Numbered from the whole stretch's first letter, positions 51,340 through 63,418 are shown. The stretch: DNA of 63,418 nt, filler included, from Octopus bimaculoides (GCF_001194135.2; 4 parts of 4 records of this genome joined end to end with filler, not necessarily neighbours in it), one strand, 5' to 3'. Numbers and translations: made by a program. Notes: a model not told the origin generated them from the letters alone.

Positions 51340-52830
51340 TATCTAGTTATATTGATCACAAAAACACAAATACAGACAATTTAGCAGCATCGACTTCTAC
51401 TCCGCAATAACCAAATTCTTATATTTGAGAGGTACTAAATTTCGCAAAAATCTATGACACAACTACAGACCAGGAGATCAATATCGTATTACACAGTAGA
51501 CTGTCGATGTTTTCTGATGACAAAGTTCTGTAGGTTAAAATGATAACCGTTCATTCTACGACATAACGACCAGTAGCAAAGACTCACTTAATATTTGCGA
51601 GTTTATTGGCCTATATATACCACATATATTAAATGTAGAGATCAAATATATGAAATGTGGACTGTATTGAGACATTGGTTTTATAGCTTTCGAAAGCATG
51701 AAAAGGCCAACAGTTGAATAATTTCAGGAAAATCTTCAACTTCTTCAAAGACCCTAATCTAAGAATCACAATAGAGAATAACCTCCTAAAAATACTTAAC
51801 TTCCCTGATAACTGACCAAACTTAGATGTCAGTAGCTATCATCCTGTCAGAAAACCTAATAAGAGACCTCTATACATTAATAAAAGTTTCAGTATATTAA
51901 GCATATTCTCTGAAGGATCTGTTGAAAGCGATTTCGTTAGGGAGTAATCTTGATAATGATAATTGTTTCAAAATCAATCTTCAATACAGAAATTACAAGC
52001 AATCCCCACTCCTGTAAATAACATTATTACAAAATTCTGTGGTTCACACCCTACTCGCAATTTTTTTTTCTGTCATACCATTTATTTTCTCTTGTATAAG
52101 TAGTCCTCAATATAAAATATAATAAACTATTCAACAGAAATGACATTAAACCTACTTACAACGAAACACCTAATTTCGCCATATATTTAGCCTTAAATTT
52201 CTCTGAAAACAACGCTAATTTATTCCTTACATCCACTTACACTAACACTCAAAAGTGCCAAATCGATGGGCTATGCTTTAAAAATCAGTTGTATAGCAAG
52301 CATAAGACTTCAACGACAATAGTTACATAGCCTGACGCGCTTTGTCCTAATGGAAACAACTTTTAAATCAATGTTCTTCAGTCAGAATCATGAGCAAAGG
52401 TGGAGACACCAGATGCATATAGTCATTAAAGGAACAACTGAACATCAAATATAGCTTTACGTAGTGCATTATAGAGAATGCAAAAACTTACGAGCAAAAT
52501 GGAACTTGCAACTAGTATATCGAAAAGCTGGTCAAAACTAATTTCCTCTTGGATGCATTAAATTTATACTTATTGTGAAAACTAGGAGCTGTCTAAAAGC
52601 AACGGGTACTAAATAGCAGACAAATTACACCCAATATCTATCATTATAATCTTATACTATCAGCTTTTACGAAATCTCTTAACTAGATACATCTCTTAAC
52701 TAGATACATTATATATTCCTCTCCCACAAATTTGCGATCGTTCACGCACCATATCTACCTACATACTGTAACATTTCTCTATGAACACAATCTTGAAGAA
52801 TTCATAACCTGACTTGAAACGTATGTGGCT
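51340..52830 (+). mobile_element. Decayed Penelope-like element (RT + GIY-YIG endonuclease) with 3' hammerhead remnant
   Basis: QFSSIDFYSAI, FYDITTSSKDSLNICEFIGLY, GLY*DIG (cf. GLYRDDG), LRITIENNLLKILNF, RKPNKRPLYINK, KILWFTP, YI.L..TTFK (GIY-YIG second motif); many stops; TTGAAGA..GAAACGTA at 52793-52823. Confidence 0.85.
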
Positions 52831-53215
52831 ATGCAGCGCTAGTTTACGAGCGTGAATTTACTGCTTGGTAATTTTGTGTTTGCAATTTGCATGTTGTCTA
52901 ATTACTTGTTATCAGTTGTATTCTAATTTTCTGTACCCCGATCACTAATACTTCAAAAGTGTTTGAATTTGTAACGCTACATTCTGCAGTACACGAACTT
53001 CACTTTTGAAAATTTGTTAGTCTGTCTAAGTGTAACATTTTGCGTTTTGTTTGGTAGTATTCCTTGATCCGTATTTATATATCTCTGTATCTCATTATTT
53101 CTTTATCACGAGTCTCAACAGTTTATAAGACTTTACTTGTATCTTTCTGTATTTTGAATTTTGCATTTCGCTTTCTGCACACCATAGTATTTACACATTT
53201 ATATATTCCTTGTAT

Positions 53216-53450
53216 TGAAAGGAAAGGGGACAGGAATTATGCAATCAACTTCATTAGTTTACAGCTGTTTCTGCTATAGAGAAACAATGCACGCATAGTT
53301 GAGTACTTTTGCAACATTTTAGATCTTCCTAGCTCGGAGAAAGCTATAAGCTGTTGCTCAAACTGCCAACTTTGAGTGCACTAGCTCTAGAGTAGTAACA
53401 GCTGTAAACCAATGATGTTAATTACGTAATTCCTGTTCCTTTGCCATTCA
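53216..53450. mobile_element. MITE-like foldback element with about 66-bp terminal inverted repeats
   Basis: 53216-53281 (tgaaagg...aggaattatgcaatcaacttcattagtttacagctgtttctgctatagag) is an imperfect reverse complement of 53385-53450. Confidence 0.8.
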
Positions 53451-54039
53451 AAAATTAATATTAAGTTCTGTGTTTGCCTATAGAATACAGAATACAGTCT
53501 ATAGGAAACGATGTATATATACTTTTCTTAAGCATATGTACATTGACATCTTACAACTGGTTATTACTATCGCTATGCTAAAGTGAAATCAAAGTTTATA
53601 TTTTCCTCTACTTCTGCACTTTGCAGTCTTCAAACCTTTCAAGTATACAAGTACTAAGTATACAACTCTACAATTTTTACATTCCATTCTTTAACCCTGC
53701 AACTTCACATTGTTGTAGCTTTCTGTATTCCTATATTTCCAAGTTTCTGGAAACTCATAATTTTTTCTTTATTTAATAAAAATTACTCGAGTCTTATATT
53801 ACTTTTACATAAACTTTGCACAATTTTTATGCGTTTTTGCATACAGTGCAAAATTTCTGCATAATGCGCACGTGCACATGAGAGGAAGGTAGAGAGGCTG
53901 TGTATGTATATGATTGTTGATATGTGTATATATGCACTTGTGTATACGTATAAGTGTAAGCGCACAGTATACTTGCAGATATGGTTCACATTTTTAGACG
54001 TGATAAACAGATGAAAATGTGATGCAATGCATTATACTT

Positions 54040-54790
54040 TACGCTCTGTTCGATAGCTTGTCAGTACAGTTCATTGTTTCCTCCTCAAACCCTCATCGCA
54101 CTTGCTAAGGAAATATAGCGTTTATAGAATTGGGTTACCTAAGCTCAGAAATATCAAACGTCTTCTTTTGTAGATGGCACGAAACTGTATGCCCCCAAGT
54201 ATTAACCACATCAAAAAGCATTTGAATCTCATTGCCAAATATTCCACAGATTACGAAATAAAATTTGGTGAGTACAAACATGTATTTTTAGTAGAAAGAT
54301 CAGTTAACATTATACTGTACTCATACAAAACAAAATATGAATAGTTTGGCAACACAGCTTTTATGAGAACCATTCATCTTGAAGATTAACATCATGCAAT
54401 GCAGGAGTCACAAATCTTTTACTAAGTGCATTCTATACAAAAGACAGAAAGCATCAGCTGACAACATATGTAGACAATACAAAACCAAAACTGAAGATAT
54501 TAGCCACATCACTGACAAGTGTGAGTGAATGTTTTCTCGATACTGTATTCTCATGAGGCATGTCGCTGAAGCCAGAGCAATTTTGAATAAACTAAAAAAG
54601 CAAACAAATAGCAGCAAAGAAGACTGTAAAGCGATCGATGAACCAAAATAATATTGGCAGAATCTTTCAATGAAAACACCAACAGAGTTAAGATATAACC
54701 GACCTGATATTGTTGTCTGGGACCTCAGCTGCCCATTTTGATGTATTAACATATTAAGTTGGCAGCTGACTTTCATACAGAGCATTGTTT
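54040..54790 (+). pseudogene. Decayed RLE-clade non-LTR retrotransposon (RT motifs, CCHC knuckle, PD motif; internally deleted)
   Basis: DSLSVQF...NP.SHLLRK, FVDGTKLYA (cf. FVDDLKLYA), YSTDYEIKFGEYK, MQE, CRQYKTKTEDISHITDKC, MRH, NRPDIVVWD. Confidence 0.75.
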
Positions 54791-54834
54791 ATATAATTAT
54801 TTCGTGGTCCACACAATAATAGTAGGTCGCGAAA

Positions 54835-55650
54835 ACAGGGACGACGAGAAATAAAGTATGAAAGAGTTGAAGTGAGCGTGGAGATGGTGAACCTCACATG
54901 TATGCATACGAGTCAACGAAGGAGCTGCAACGCAGTCGCACAAGTTTGAAATAGTAGCTATGAAAGAGGAGTCGGTAGACCGAAGTACCAGTTCAACTTC
55001 ATACTAAACGTTACTGGAGTGAAGGGATATGTGCCAATACGAATGGATTAAACATAGATACTTGGAGAAAGAATATAACCCTTTAATTCATAAAATGTAT
55101 AGGATCAAAGGTTGTGTAAGGGATGACGAAATTAGAAGAACCCTTTTTTAAAAGAATAGTTTTTCTTTACTAACTTGAAATTGAGAATATGACCGCTCAA
55201 TAATAAACTCTAAAAGTTCACATAAGAAAACGCGCGCGCTGTGCACGTATATGCACATTCAAATGTCGGTATTATGCTGCGGCTGCCTTGTCCTACGTCA
55301 ATCCTGACTCAGCAGACATGGTCATGAATGTTACAGTCGAGATCCTCCCTACCTTCATTTAGACCAAGGTTTTACAACCATTCTTTATCTATGAACCTCT
55401 TTGAGTACTATTTTATTCTGGTGGACCCCTATAGCTATAGAACGTTAAAAACTAGTTTAATACAGAGTTCTTTCAAAATTCCTGTTTTGCTTGTCAAACA
55501 TTAACTTGTGCAGTTTGAAATACGTAAAATGTTAGCAACAAAAAAAAACAACCTAGCTGTTTCTTGCAACAGGAACGAGGAGAAATAATAAGTGGGCGTG
55601 GAGATGACGAAAGAGCTGCAACGCGGTCGAACAAATTTGAAATAGTAGCC
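54835..55650 (+). repeat. Dispersed direct-repeat pair (54835-54960 and 55569-55650)
   Basis: acaggRacga.gagaaata...gtgRgcgtggagatg...gaRRgagctgcaacgcRgtcg.acaaRtttgaaatagtagc in both. Confidence 0.75.
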
Positions 55651-55698
55651 ATCTTGAACTAATGCAAAATTTTTTCAGAGCCCCTTAAAATACTATTG

Positions 55699-56494
55699 TG
55701 GATGTTTTGCGTTCTTGACCCATTTTTGTACTTTTTACATATAAAAATATAACGGCGTACGTACATTTTGGTATCTTATATGTAAGTATATATATATTTA
55801 AATTTTGTACGACTCTATTATTCTTTCTATTCTGTCATTCTTTCCTTCTTTCTATCAGCCCTTTCACACTTACTTCGTTCATTCCACTCTTCGTTCTTTT
55901 GTTCCCTCTCTCTCACATTTCCTGGCCTTCTCTTCATGCTCACTTTCCCTCATCTTTCACTTCACTGTGTCCCTTTCATTTTTTCTCGCCCCTCCTTAAT
56001 TCTTCTATCTCTCTGCCTCTACCTCTCTCTCTTCTCTCCTACGTGAACGGTATCCGGCCAAGTCTGATCATTCTTTCTTGGTTCGACTACCATCCGTGTA
56101 ACACCTATATTCCTCCCTGTGTCTGTCAAATCTTATGTCCTTGCCGTAAGGCTTTACTTCCACACACACCAGCTTAATTTAATTCGTCCTTAGTCGAAAG
56201 ACACCTGTTGTTATGTCCTGTTATTTGCATTAGTATTTGTGTAACAATATCCATTATTTTTCTGTCCTTGTTTTCTATACATTCGCTGTTTTCTTCCAAG
56301 GAATCTAATGCTCTTAATTTAGTTTTTCCCTGGGGCTGGCCAGATTGGAGCAATCTCGAGTATAACCAGCCGAAATTGCAAAGAAAATCTGGATCTCAAC
56401 TGAAGGTAGAAAACTCCGAATGACCCGTCCTTGTTTTCTTTGTATCATCTGTCTGGATGTTTTGTTGTCCCTTTTTCTGGATGTTTTGCGTTCT
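55699..56494 (+). mobile_element. Unclassified repeat unit bounded by a 17-nt direct repeat
   Basis: TGGATGTTTTGCGTTCT at 55699-55715 and 56478-56494 (contig end). Confidence 0.45.
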
Positions 56495-56594
56495 NNNNNN
56501 NNNNNNNNNNNNNNNNNNNNNNNNNNNNNNNNNNNNNNTTAATTAATTAANNNNNNNNNNNNNNNNNNNNNNNNNNNNNNNNNNNNNNNNNNNN
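56495..56594. other. Artificial join: 44 N + TTAATTAATTAA + 44 N
   Basis: Same 100-bp spacer. Confidence 0.95.
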
Positions 56595-56607
56595 ATATAT
56601 ACATATA

Positions 56608-56772
56608 TACGACGCTCTTCTTTCAATTTCCATCTACCAAATCCACTCACAAGGCTTTGGTTGGCCCGAGGCTATAGTAGAAGACACTTGCTCAAGGTGC
56701 CACGCAGTGGGACTGAACCCGGAACCATGTGGTTGGTAAGCAAGCTACTTACCACATAGCCTTTCCTGCGCC
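56608..56772 (-). mobile_element. Family A SINE head
   Basis: Close match to 23158-23322. Confidence 0.9.
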
Positions 56773-57000
56773 TATAGTGAAAATCATGTGGGTGAAAGGA
56801 TCCAAATTTACCGAACTTTCTTCTAATTCTTCCAAATCTTTCTGTTAAAACTGTATTGAAACCATTGTTGGGGAGTTTTATTATTATTATTTTTTTCTTA
56901 TTACGGTGATTACTCGCACAGCACAAGGTTCAATGGCACCTACCGAAGCAAGCCATTACGCTCACAGCCTGACATACATGCATACATACATACATACATA

Positions 57001-57158
57001 CGAGGGGTACTGAGAAGTTCCTGGAGGCCCACCCTTCCGAGTTCTTTGTTGCAATTAGTGTGTGAATCTGAGAAGGGAATATGTTGGATGAAATCATACT
57101 TAAATGATCCTCCTGTATTTTCTTTTACCCAAAGCCAGGAACTTTTCAGCACCCTTAG
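57001..57158. mobile_element. mariner/Tc1-type MITE with TA flanks
   Basis: TA|CGAGGGGTACTGAGAAGTTCCTGG ... CCAGGAACTTTTCAGCACCCTTAG|TA. Confidence 0.8.
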
Positions 57159-57936
57159 TATATGCACACACACACATACATACATACATATGTGTGTGTA
57201 TTATACCCACACACACACATTCATATATACATGCATATGTATGTATGTACAATATTTGATAAGTGCAAAGTATGAAACTCTCAGTCCTTGATTCACGTAA
57301 CTCTACACTCAATTAATGTCTGTATACGTGTAAGTATATATGTATGAATGTATCTTTTTCTCATACTTTGAATATTGTCTTACAACTCTTCTAATTTTCT
57401 TTTCCGTTTTGTACTTAAAATTTCCCTGAATCAGCTCCTTTATAGCTTGCTGGCATTAAATTTGTTTTTTTATGCCAGCTAGGAGTTTTCTTATATTGCG
57501 TAACCTAAGAATTAATTCTTGTTTTAGAATGTGTAATAAAAAAAAAGTGGATTTTTTAAAAAAATAAAATAATACTTTTAAGATTTGCATGGATTTTAAT
57601 GAAATATATTTTGAAATTATTCTGCATAAAAGGTAGACATAGATGTGGGTGCAGCGGATCTCCGTCGTTTGACATGAGGATTCGATTTTCGAGTAACTGA
57701 ATTTCCTGCTCCTGAATTGACATATAAGTGACTGAGGATTCCAGATATGTAATTCACAGGCAGAATCAAAGTATGACAATGACATTTTGTCCAAAATGTG
57801 CTGCAGTAAGATTAAAGTCAGGACCTCGTGATAGCAAAACGAACTTCGTAACTATACTGAGTATGCGCGCATACATATGCCTACACATATACACAGGATC
57901 CACTTTTAGAGAAAGTGTGTGAATAAATGATGTGTC

Positions 57937-58152
57937 TGAAGGAATGCTGAAAAGTTCCTGGTTTTGGGTAAAAGAAAATATAGGAGGATCAGTTAATTCT
58001 GATTTTATTCAACATATTCCCCTCTCAAATTCACACACTTATCGCAGTGGTCCTTCGGTTTTTCTAAGTCCTGTAAAAGAACTCGGAAGGTTAGGCCTCC
58101 AACCAGGCTTTCGCAATACCCTTACACCCAGGAACTTTTCAGCATACCCTCG
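57937..58152. mobile_element. Second copy of the same MITE, opposite orientation, longer
   Basis: gaaggaatgctgaaaagttcctgg ... ccaggaacttttcagcataccctcg|TA; interior is the reverse complement of the interior of 57001-57158. Confidence 0.8.
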
Positions 58153-58214
58153 TATACAGGGTCCGCTTTTTAAAAAAGTGAGTAAATGATGTGTGTATGT
58201 GTTAATATATAATA

Positions 58215-59710
58215 TTGCTTCTGCCGAGGTTGACTTTGCGTTTTAATCTCTCGGGGTAGGTAAAATAAGTACCAGTTGAGCACTGAGGTTGATATAATCG
58301 ATTTATCCCTGAAATTGCTGGCTTTGTGTCAATATTTGATATTAGTATAAAATATTGTAACGACAGTGTACTACAGGCGGTGTATCACTTCACCTTCCGT
58401 AAGAATCCTCACGATTAGGCGGGTATTAAAGTTCTATTGTACCATGCTCACCTAATTTGCACGTTAGCACATATCAGCAGTCGATTAAATCGATCCCAGT
58501 ACTGTACAAATTGGTATTGTGTCTAATCGATCTCAAAAGGAAGGCTGCAAAAATTTGCCTCGGCGGGATTTGAACTCCAAATGCAAAGAGCCGAAACAAA
58601 TACTACAAAGTATTTTTTTTGACGAAAGCTTTGATGATTCTACTAATTCAGCGCTCTTAAAAATATTGAAAATGACTTATTTTGATACAGTTATTTAGTT
58701 GTCTTTAGTAGGAAATAGGGGGGAAAATATGCATCTCGGATATTGTTGTTGCTTAGCTCTGCCTTCTGGTTTTGAAAAGCGCAGCAGCGGTGATCTAAGT
58801 ATAGTTAGGTCTACGTTACACAATGTGCATTCCCCATTCAAGATAGTAGGGTGTGATATGATGAGTTGGTTTAGTTGGCTGTTATTTCTGGCAAGGTGAG
58901 ACAGGGTATATATGTACCCGATGGGAAAATAAGTATCAGTCAAGTATTGGGTCGATTTAATCGAGTGTAAAATCTAGGTCTCATATCGTCAAAGTAAGGA
59001 ATACTCGTTATTTTAAGACAATGAGTAGGCAAATACCATCACCTCACTGTATCTGGTTTCATCCATCTGTATTTTTTATCACTATTATTACCTTTTAGTC
59101 AGTAGGGTAAACTGCCCATGACTCCTTTACAGGGCCTCCGAGACTGCTGGGTAGGAATGTATCCTCAAATCAGAAACCTAAACAGAAAACCTTGCAACAG
59201 AATGGACTCTGCTAAAGGCATCCAAGATGCCAGATGATGTTAAACCTATTGGCAGGTTAATTTTACCCCTCCAAGTAGGTTAATGTGGCATCTGAACTTA
59301 ATACCGCAAGGCATCCGGTCCGATGTTCTTTCAGTTATGCCAATCCAACCACCTTCGCTTGGTAGATTTTTATCGCCTCCGAAAGGATGAAAGGAATGGT
59401 TGACCTCGGATTTTATTGAGATCAAATCATTTGATAGTTCTCTTATAAATCCGAAGCCTGTATCAATGTTAAAAATCATTTCTGTGGGAGCTACAAGTCA
59501 GAGAAAGTTCTTCCTGGTGAGATTTGAATTCTCAATACTGAGTTCAAATCCTAACGCAAGTCAACATTGTTTTTCACCGTAGTAGGTCAGGGTCGGTAAA
59601 AAAAAAAATTAGAACTATTGATTTGAGAATACTTAATTATCACCTATGGGAGGATGAAAGACAAAGGTGACTTCGGTTAGATTTGAACTCAGCGTAAAGT
59701 GCCTAAATAT
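58215..59710. mobile_element. Scattered diverged family B SINE fragments, both strands
   Basis: gccgaggttgactttgc...aagtaccagttgagcactg (58220+), cctcggcgggatttgaactc (58560-), 59230-59410(-), 59510-59600(+), 59630-59710(-). Confidence 0.7.
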
Positions 59711-59809
59711 ATAACCACAAGGAATGTCTTTTACCAGTCCACTGCCCTTTGAGTACCAGTAATATCACAAGTATGCACCCTTTAACTCAGTAGTCACTCA
59801 GAATTATCT

Positions 59810-60170
59810 ATTTTATCTCTTACTTGTTTCAGTCATTGGACTGCAGCCATGCTGGGGTATCGTCTTGAAAGGTTTAGACGAAGAAATCGACCCCTCCCCC
59901 CGTACATATTTTATAAAAGACTGTGGTACTTATTCTATCGGTATTTTTTGCCAAACTGCTAGATTACAGGCATGTAAACAAACCAACCCTGGAGGACAAA
60001 TACAAACACACACACACGACGGGTTTCCTCACAGTTTTTGTCTACCAAATTCACTATCAAGGAATTGGTTGGTTCGGGACTATTGTAGAAGACGTCTGCC
60101 TAACGTGCCGTGCAGTGGGACTAACCTCGAAACCACGTGGTCGCAAAGCGATATCTGCGCTGCAAACACA
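59810..60170 (-). mobile_element. Diverged full-length family A composite SINE
   Basis: cttgtttcagtcattggactgcagccatgctgg...ggacaaatacaaacacacac acgacggg...tgtctaccaaattcact...gtgcagtgggact. Confidence 0.75.
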
Positions 60171-60349
60171 TACATACAAACACACACTCACTCACACTAA
60201 TATATATTTAAGTATTGCAGCTTAAATCCCTTAACTTTCTGAATTACAAAAGAAAACGATTTACAAAAAAGAAAAGAAACTTTTTTTAATTAACTTTTAT
60301 TTGATTAAGGAAAATTTGCAAATTCTGAATAACATGTTTAAACTATAAG

Positions 60350-60790
60350 AATCGGAAGAACATGTTTTAAATAGTTAATAATGTTAACGGAGGCTTCAAA
60401 AATATGTGCTTGAACGATTTAGCGACAGAAATATTTGTCTTTTGTGTGTACCTTCTGACCACCAATACAATGTTTGAATTCTTAGTTAGGTTATTGTGTG
60501 AACTTGTACTGAGTCACATTCCATGGCTTCGTAGTTATTTTTATGTCGTTATCCAAAGTTAGATTCTGCCTTCAGTCAATATTTAGTTGTATGTTGATAC
60601 TCGATCACATATGCGATCAAATGGTAAATTTTTGAGATCAGTTTTGTTGCATCTTGTAGAGCTAATTATTATTACAGTAAATTTTTACTCACTCCTCTCA
60701 TGAGACGGGTATAGTTTCTGGACATTCGGAATAGTTGTCACTACCGAGGAAAAGGACAAAGAATTTGGTGGTTGCTTCCTTCTGTGAAAG
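60350..60790 (-). pseudogene. Possible decayed DNA-transposon (Sola-like) transposase fragment
   Basis: Minus strand fragments LGSDNYSE and YEAMECDSVQ recall the SD..GQN and GH..ME.DS.HS.IE motifs; heavily disrupted. Confidence 0.3.
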
Positions 60791-62169
60791 AATGTTTTGT
60801 CCAATTTTTTAATTTTTTTTTTTGCCTCTCACCCAACTCCATGTCTGTAAATTCTTACCACTACACCTTTCCGTTAATGTACATTAATCCACCTTTCTCT
60901 CGAGGTAGGTGAAATAGTGAAAAGATATAAGTAACCATTATAGGCTCTCACTTTTATTTGCTATAAGGAAACGACAGGATTGTTTTCTTTAAAATGGAAC
61001 AAAATGATGTAAACCGTTTATAAAATGGTAATTGTAAAATATAATCTTTTGTATAATTCTTTTGGGTTATTTTTTGATAACTTTTCAGAGTAACACCCAC
61101 ACGATTTTCACTAAGAGAAAAAAATTACTCTGAAAAATTACCTATATTTTTAATATGCTAAAAAATATAAGAATTAGAAGGCATTTAGTATTGTGTAAAC
61201 CATTTTCGACAATCTGTACAGAATTTTCGATAAATCAAACAGCACATACATCTCTTAAATAATTATACTAGTTAACTACTGCATATACAATTCCTCAATG
61301 CTTTGCTGTTTGAACATGAGTTGCGATTCACCAAACCCATCGCTTCACTACAATATATCGCTCGATCTCAACGATACAAAAAAGTTAATTGTTGTATTTT
61401 CAATGTTCATTGTGTTAAGACAAATACACGACATAATTATTTTCAGTCAGCTCAATTTTCAGTTTCAAAGAAAAACATTCCTACGGTTTCATTTCCTTTC
61501 TGAAATGAATCATTACAGGACATTATGTTACATATGCCGATTTTTGCCGGCTTCAGTCATTTCGATTTCTGGATCACAAAATATAACATTGTCCAAATGC
61601 CGTTTTAATAAACACCCTACTCAGTTGAATATTGCTGATACTTTCGAGTCTGATTATTCGTTTCCATGGGTTAAAAACAAAAGTAATTGAAAAAGAAATC
61701 GAAACGAAACGAACCATCTTGCATTAAATTACAAAAAAATCAATAATTTACTAATAATTATTTCTAACAAAGGTAATTAATTTAAGTATATAATACAAAA
61801 GAATATTGTTTATAAAAGTGTTGGAAATAAATATTGAAGCAATCAAATAAGATATTTATAGATTTTGCTATTGAAGTGATATTTATTCAGAAAGTTATAT
61901 TTTAGATAAAAAAAAAAAGAACAAATAGTGAACATGGGACCTTCAAGGATCATCAATCATGTTTCAGATCTCTGATAACACAATGTTCATCTCATATTCT
62001 AATCCTGACAAACTGACAAAGACTTTTTACAATATGTTCAAACTATAAATAGTGTAACAGGTTTAACTATTTTATTTGTAAGAAAAATTTTAACTCCAGA
62101 AAACACCCAGCAATTCCTATAGGGTTCCTTTCTCATGGTATTCCCCTTGTAAGCTCACAATGCTCCCCA

Positions 62170-62532
62170 TCCCCAGAACTATTGCCCTTGTGCCTAATTT
62201 AGAAGCCATGAAGAGCAGCAAGCTGGCAGAATCATGGGAGCATCAGAAATATGCTTTGTGTAATTTTTTTCAGCTTTTTGTGCTCTGCATTCAAATCTAG
62301 CTACGGTCATCCCTTCAGGTTTGATAAAATAAAGTACCAGACATGAACTGGGATCAGTGGCATTGACTAACCCGCTTTCCTCAAAATTGCTGGCCTTGTG
62401 CCTAAATTTCAAACAATTATGAGATCAGTGGACTAGCAGTAAAGAGTGATAAAATAAAGTATTAATCAAACACTGGAGTCAATGGTAACAACATATCCTT
62501 TGCCCTCAAAACCTCAAACCTAAATTGAAGAC

Positions 62533-62565
<33 letters not shown>

Positions 62566-63178
62566 CATTATGGTGGTGAGCCGGCAGAATTGTTAGCACG
62601 CCAGGCAAAATGCTTAGCAGCATTTCATCTGCCTTTACATTCTGAGTTCAAATTCTGCCAAGGTCGACAACACTGGAGTTGATGTAATCGACTTAATCCT
62701 TTCCCCCAAAGTTGAGGCCTTGTGCTTCCAGTAGAAAGGATTATTGTTATTAAGGCAGTGAGCTGGCAGAATCATTAGCACATCGGGCAAAATGCTTAGT
62801 GGCATTTCATCTGTCCCTACATTCTGAGTTCAAATTCTGCCAAGGTCAACTTTGCCTTTCATCCTGTCAAGGTCAATTAATTAAGTACCAGTGAAACACT
62901 GGGGTCAATTTAATCAGCAAGCCATCTCCTCCAAAACTTCAGGCCTTGTACCTATGGTAGAAAGGCTTATTATTGTTATAAAAGGCAGAATTATTAATAC
63001 ATCAGACAAAATGCTTAGCAGTGTCTCTTCTGGCTCTTTATGTTCAGAGTTCAAATTCCACAGAGCTCAACTTTGCTTTTCAATCTTTTGGGGGACAATA
63101 AAATAAGTAGTAGTTGAGCACTGGGATCAATCTAATCAGCTGCTCCCAGCCCCACAATTTCAGGCTTTGTGCCTAAAT
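62170..63178 (+). mobile_element. Run of four to five family B SINEs in the same orientation
   Basis: gagctggcagaat...aaatgcttag...gagttcaaattc...agtaccag...ctggg.tc.at.taatc at about 62215, 62571, 62753, 62985. Confidence 0.85.
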
Positions 63179-63179
63179 T

Positions 63180-63418
63180 CATCATCATCATCATCATCGT
63201 TTAACGTCCGCTTTCCATGCTAGCATGGGTTGGACGATTTGACTGAGGACTGGTGAAACCGGATGGCAACACCAGGCTCCAGTCTGATTTGGCAGAGTTT
63301 CTACAGCTGGATGCCCTTCCTAACGCCAACCACTCAGAGAGTGTAGTGGGTGCTTTTACGTGTCACCCGCACGAAAACGGCCACGCTCGAAATGGTGTCT
63401 TTTATGTGCCACCCGCAC
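63180..63418 (-). mobile_element. RTE-tailed SINE (family C), runs off the window
   Basis: (atc)n gtttaacgtccgctttccatgctagcatgggttggacg...ggatgcccttcctaacgccaaccact. Confidence 0.9.

Overview
AT-rich, gap-riddled animal genomic DNA with no intact protein-coding gene that I can support. The repeat families and the very high microsatellite load resemble an octopus (coleoid cephalopod) draft assembly; that species call is inference. The window is four pieces joined by an artificial 100-bp spacer (44 N + TTAATTAATTAA + 44 N at 23036, 49070 and 56495), so adjacency across these points is not biological. Contents: at least four tRNA-derived SINE families (a CORE-like family often carrying an internal microsatellite; a family found in tandem arrays; an RTE-tailed family; an (AAC)n-tailed family); decayed RLE-clade (R4/Dong-like) LINEs, two of them embedded in (TAA)n tracts; a decayed Penelope-like element (RT + GIY-YIG); an RTE LINE 3' end; piggyBac and mariner remnants; MITEs; long tri-/dinucleotide arrays. 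Almost all long ORFs in the track are microsatellite or N-gap artefacts. The most interesting signal is a short element combining a tRNA-like Pol III head, an internal (TAA)n and a minimal type I hammerhead-ribozyme motif, inserted as an inverted pair (5921-6352) with a second partial copy at 49170. A second, unrelated hammerhead motif lies at 26654-26759 (-) and a decayed one follows the Penelope remnant. All of this was read by eye; nothing was computed or searched.
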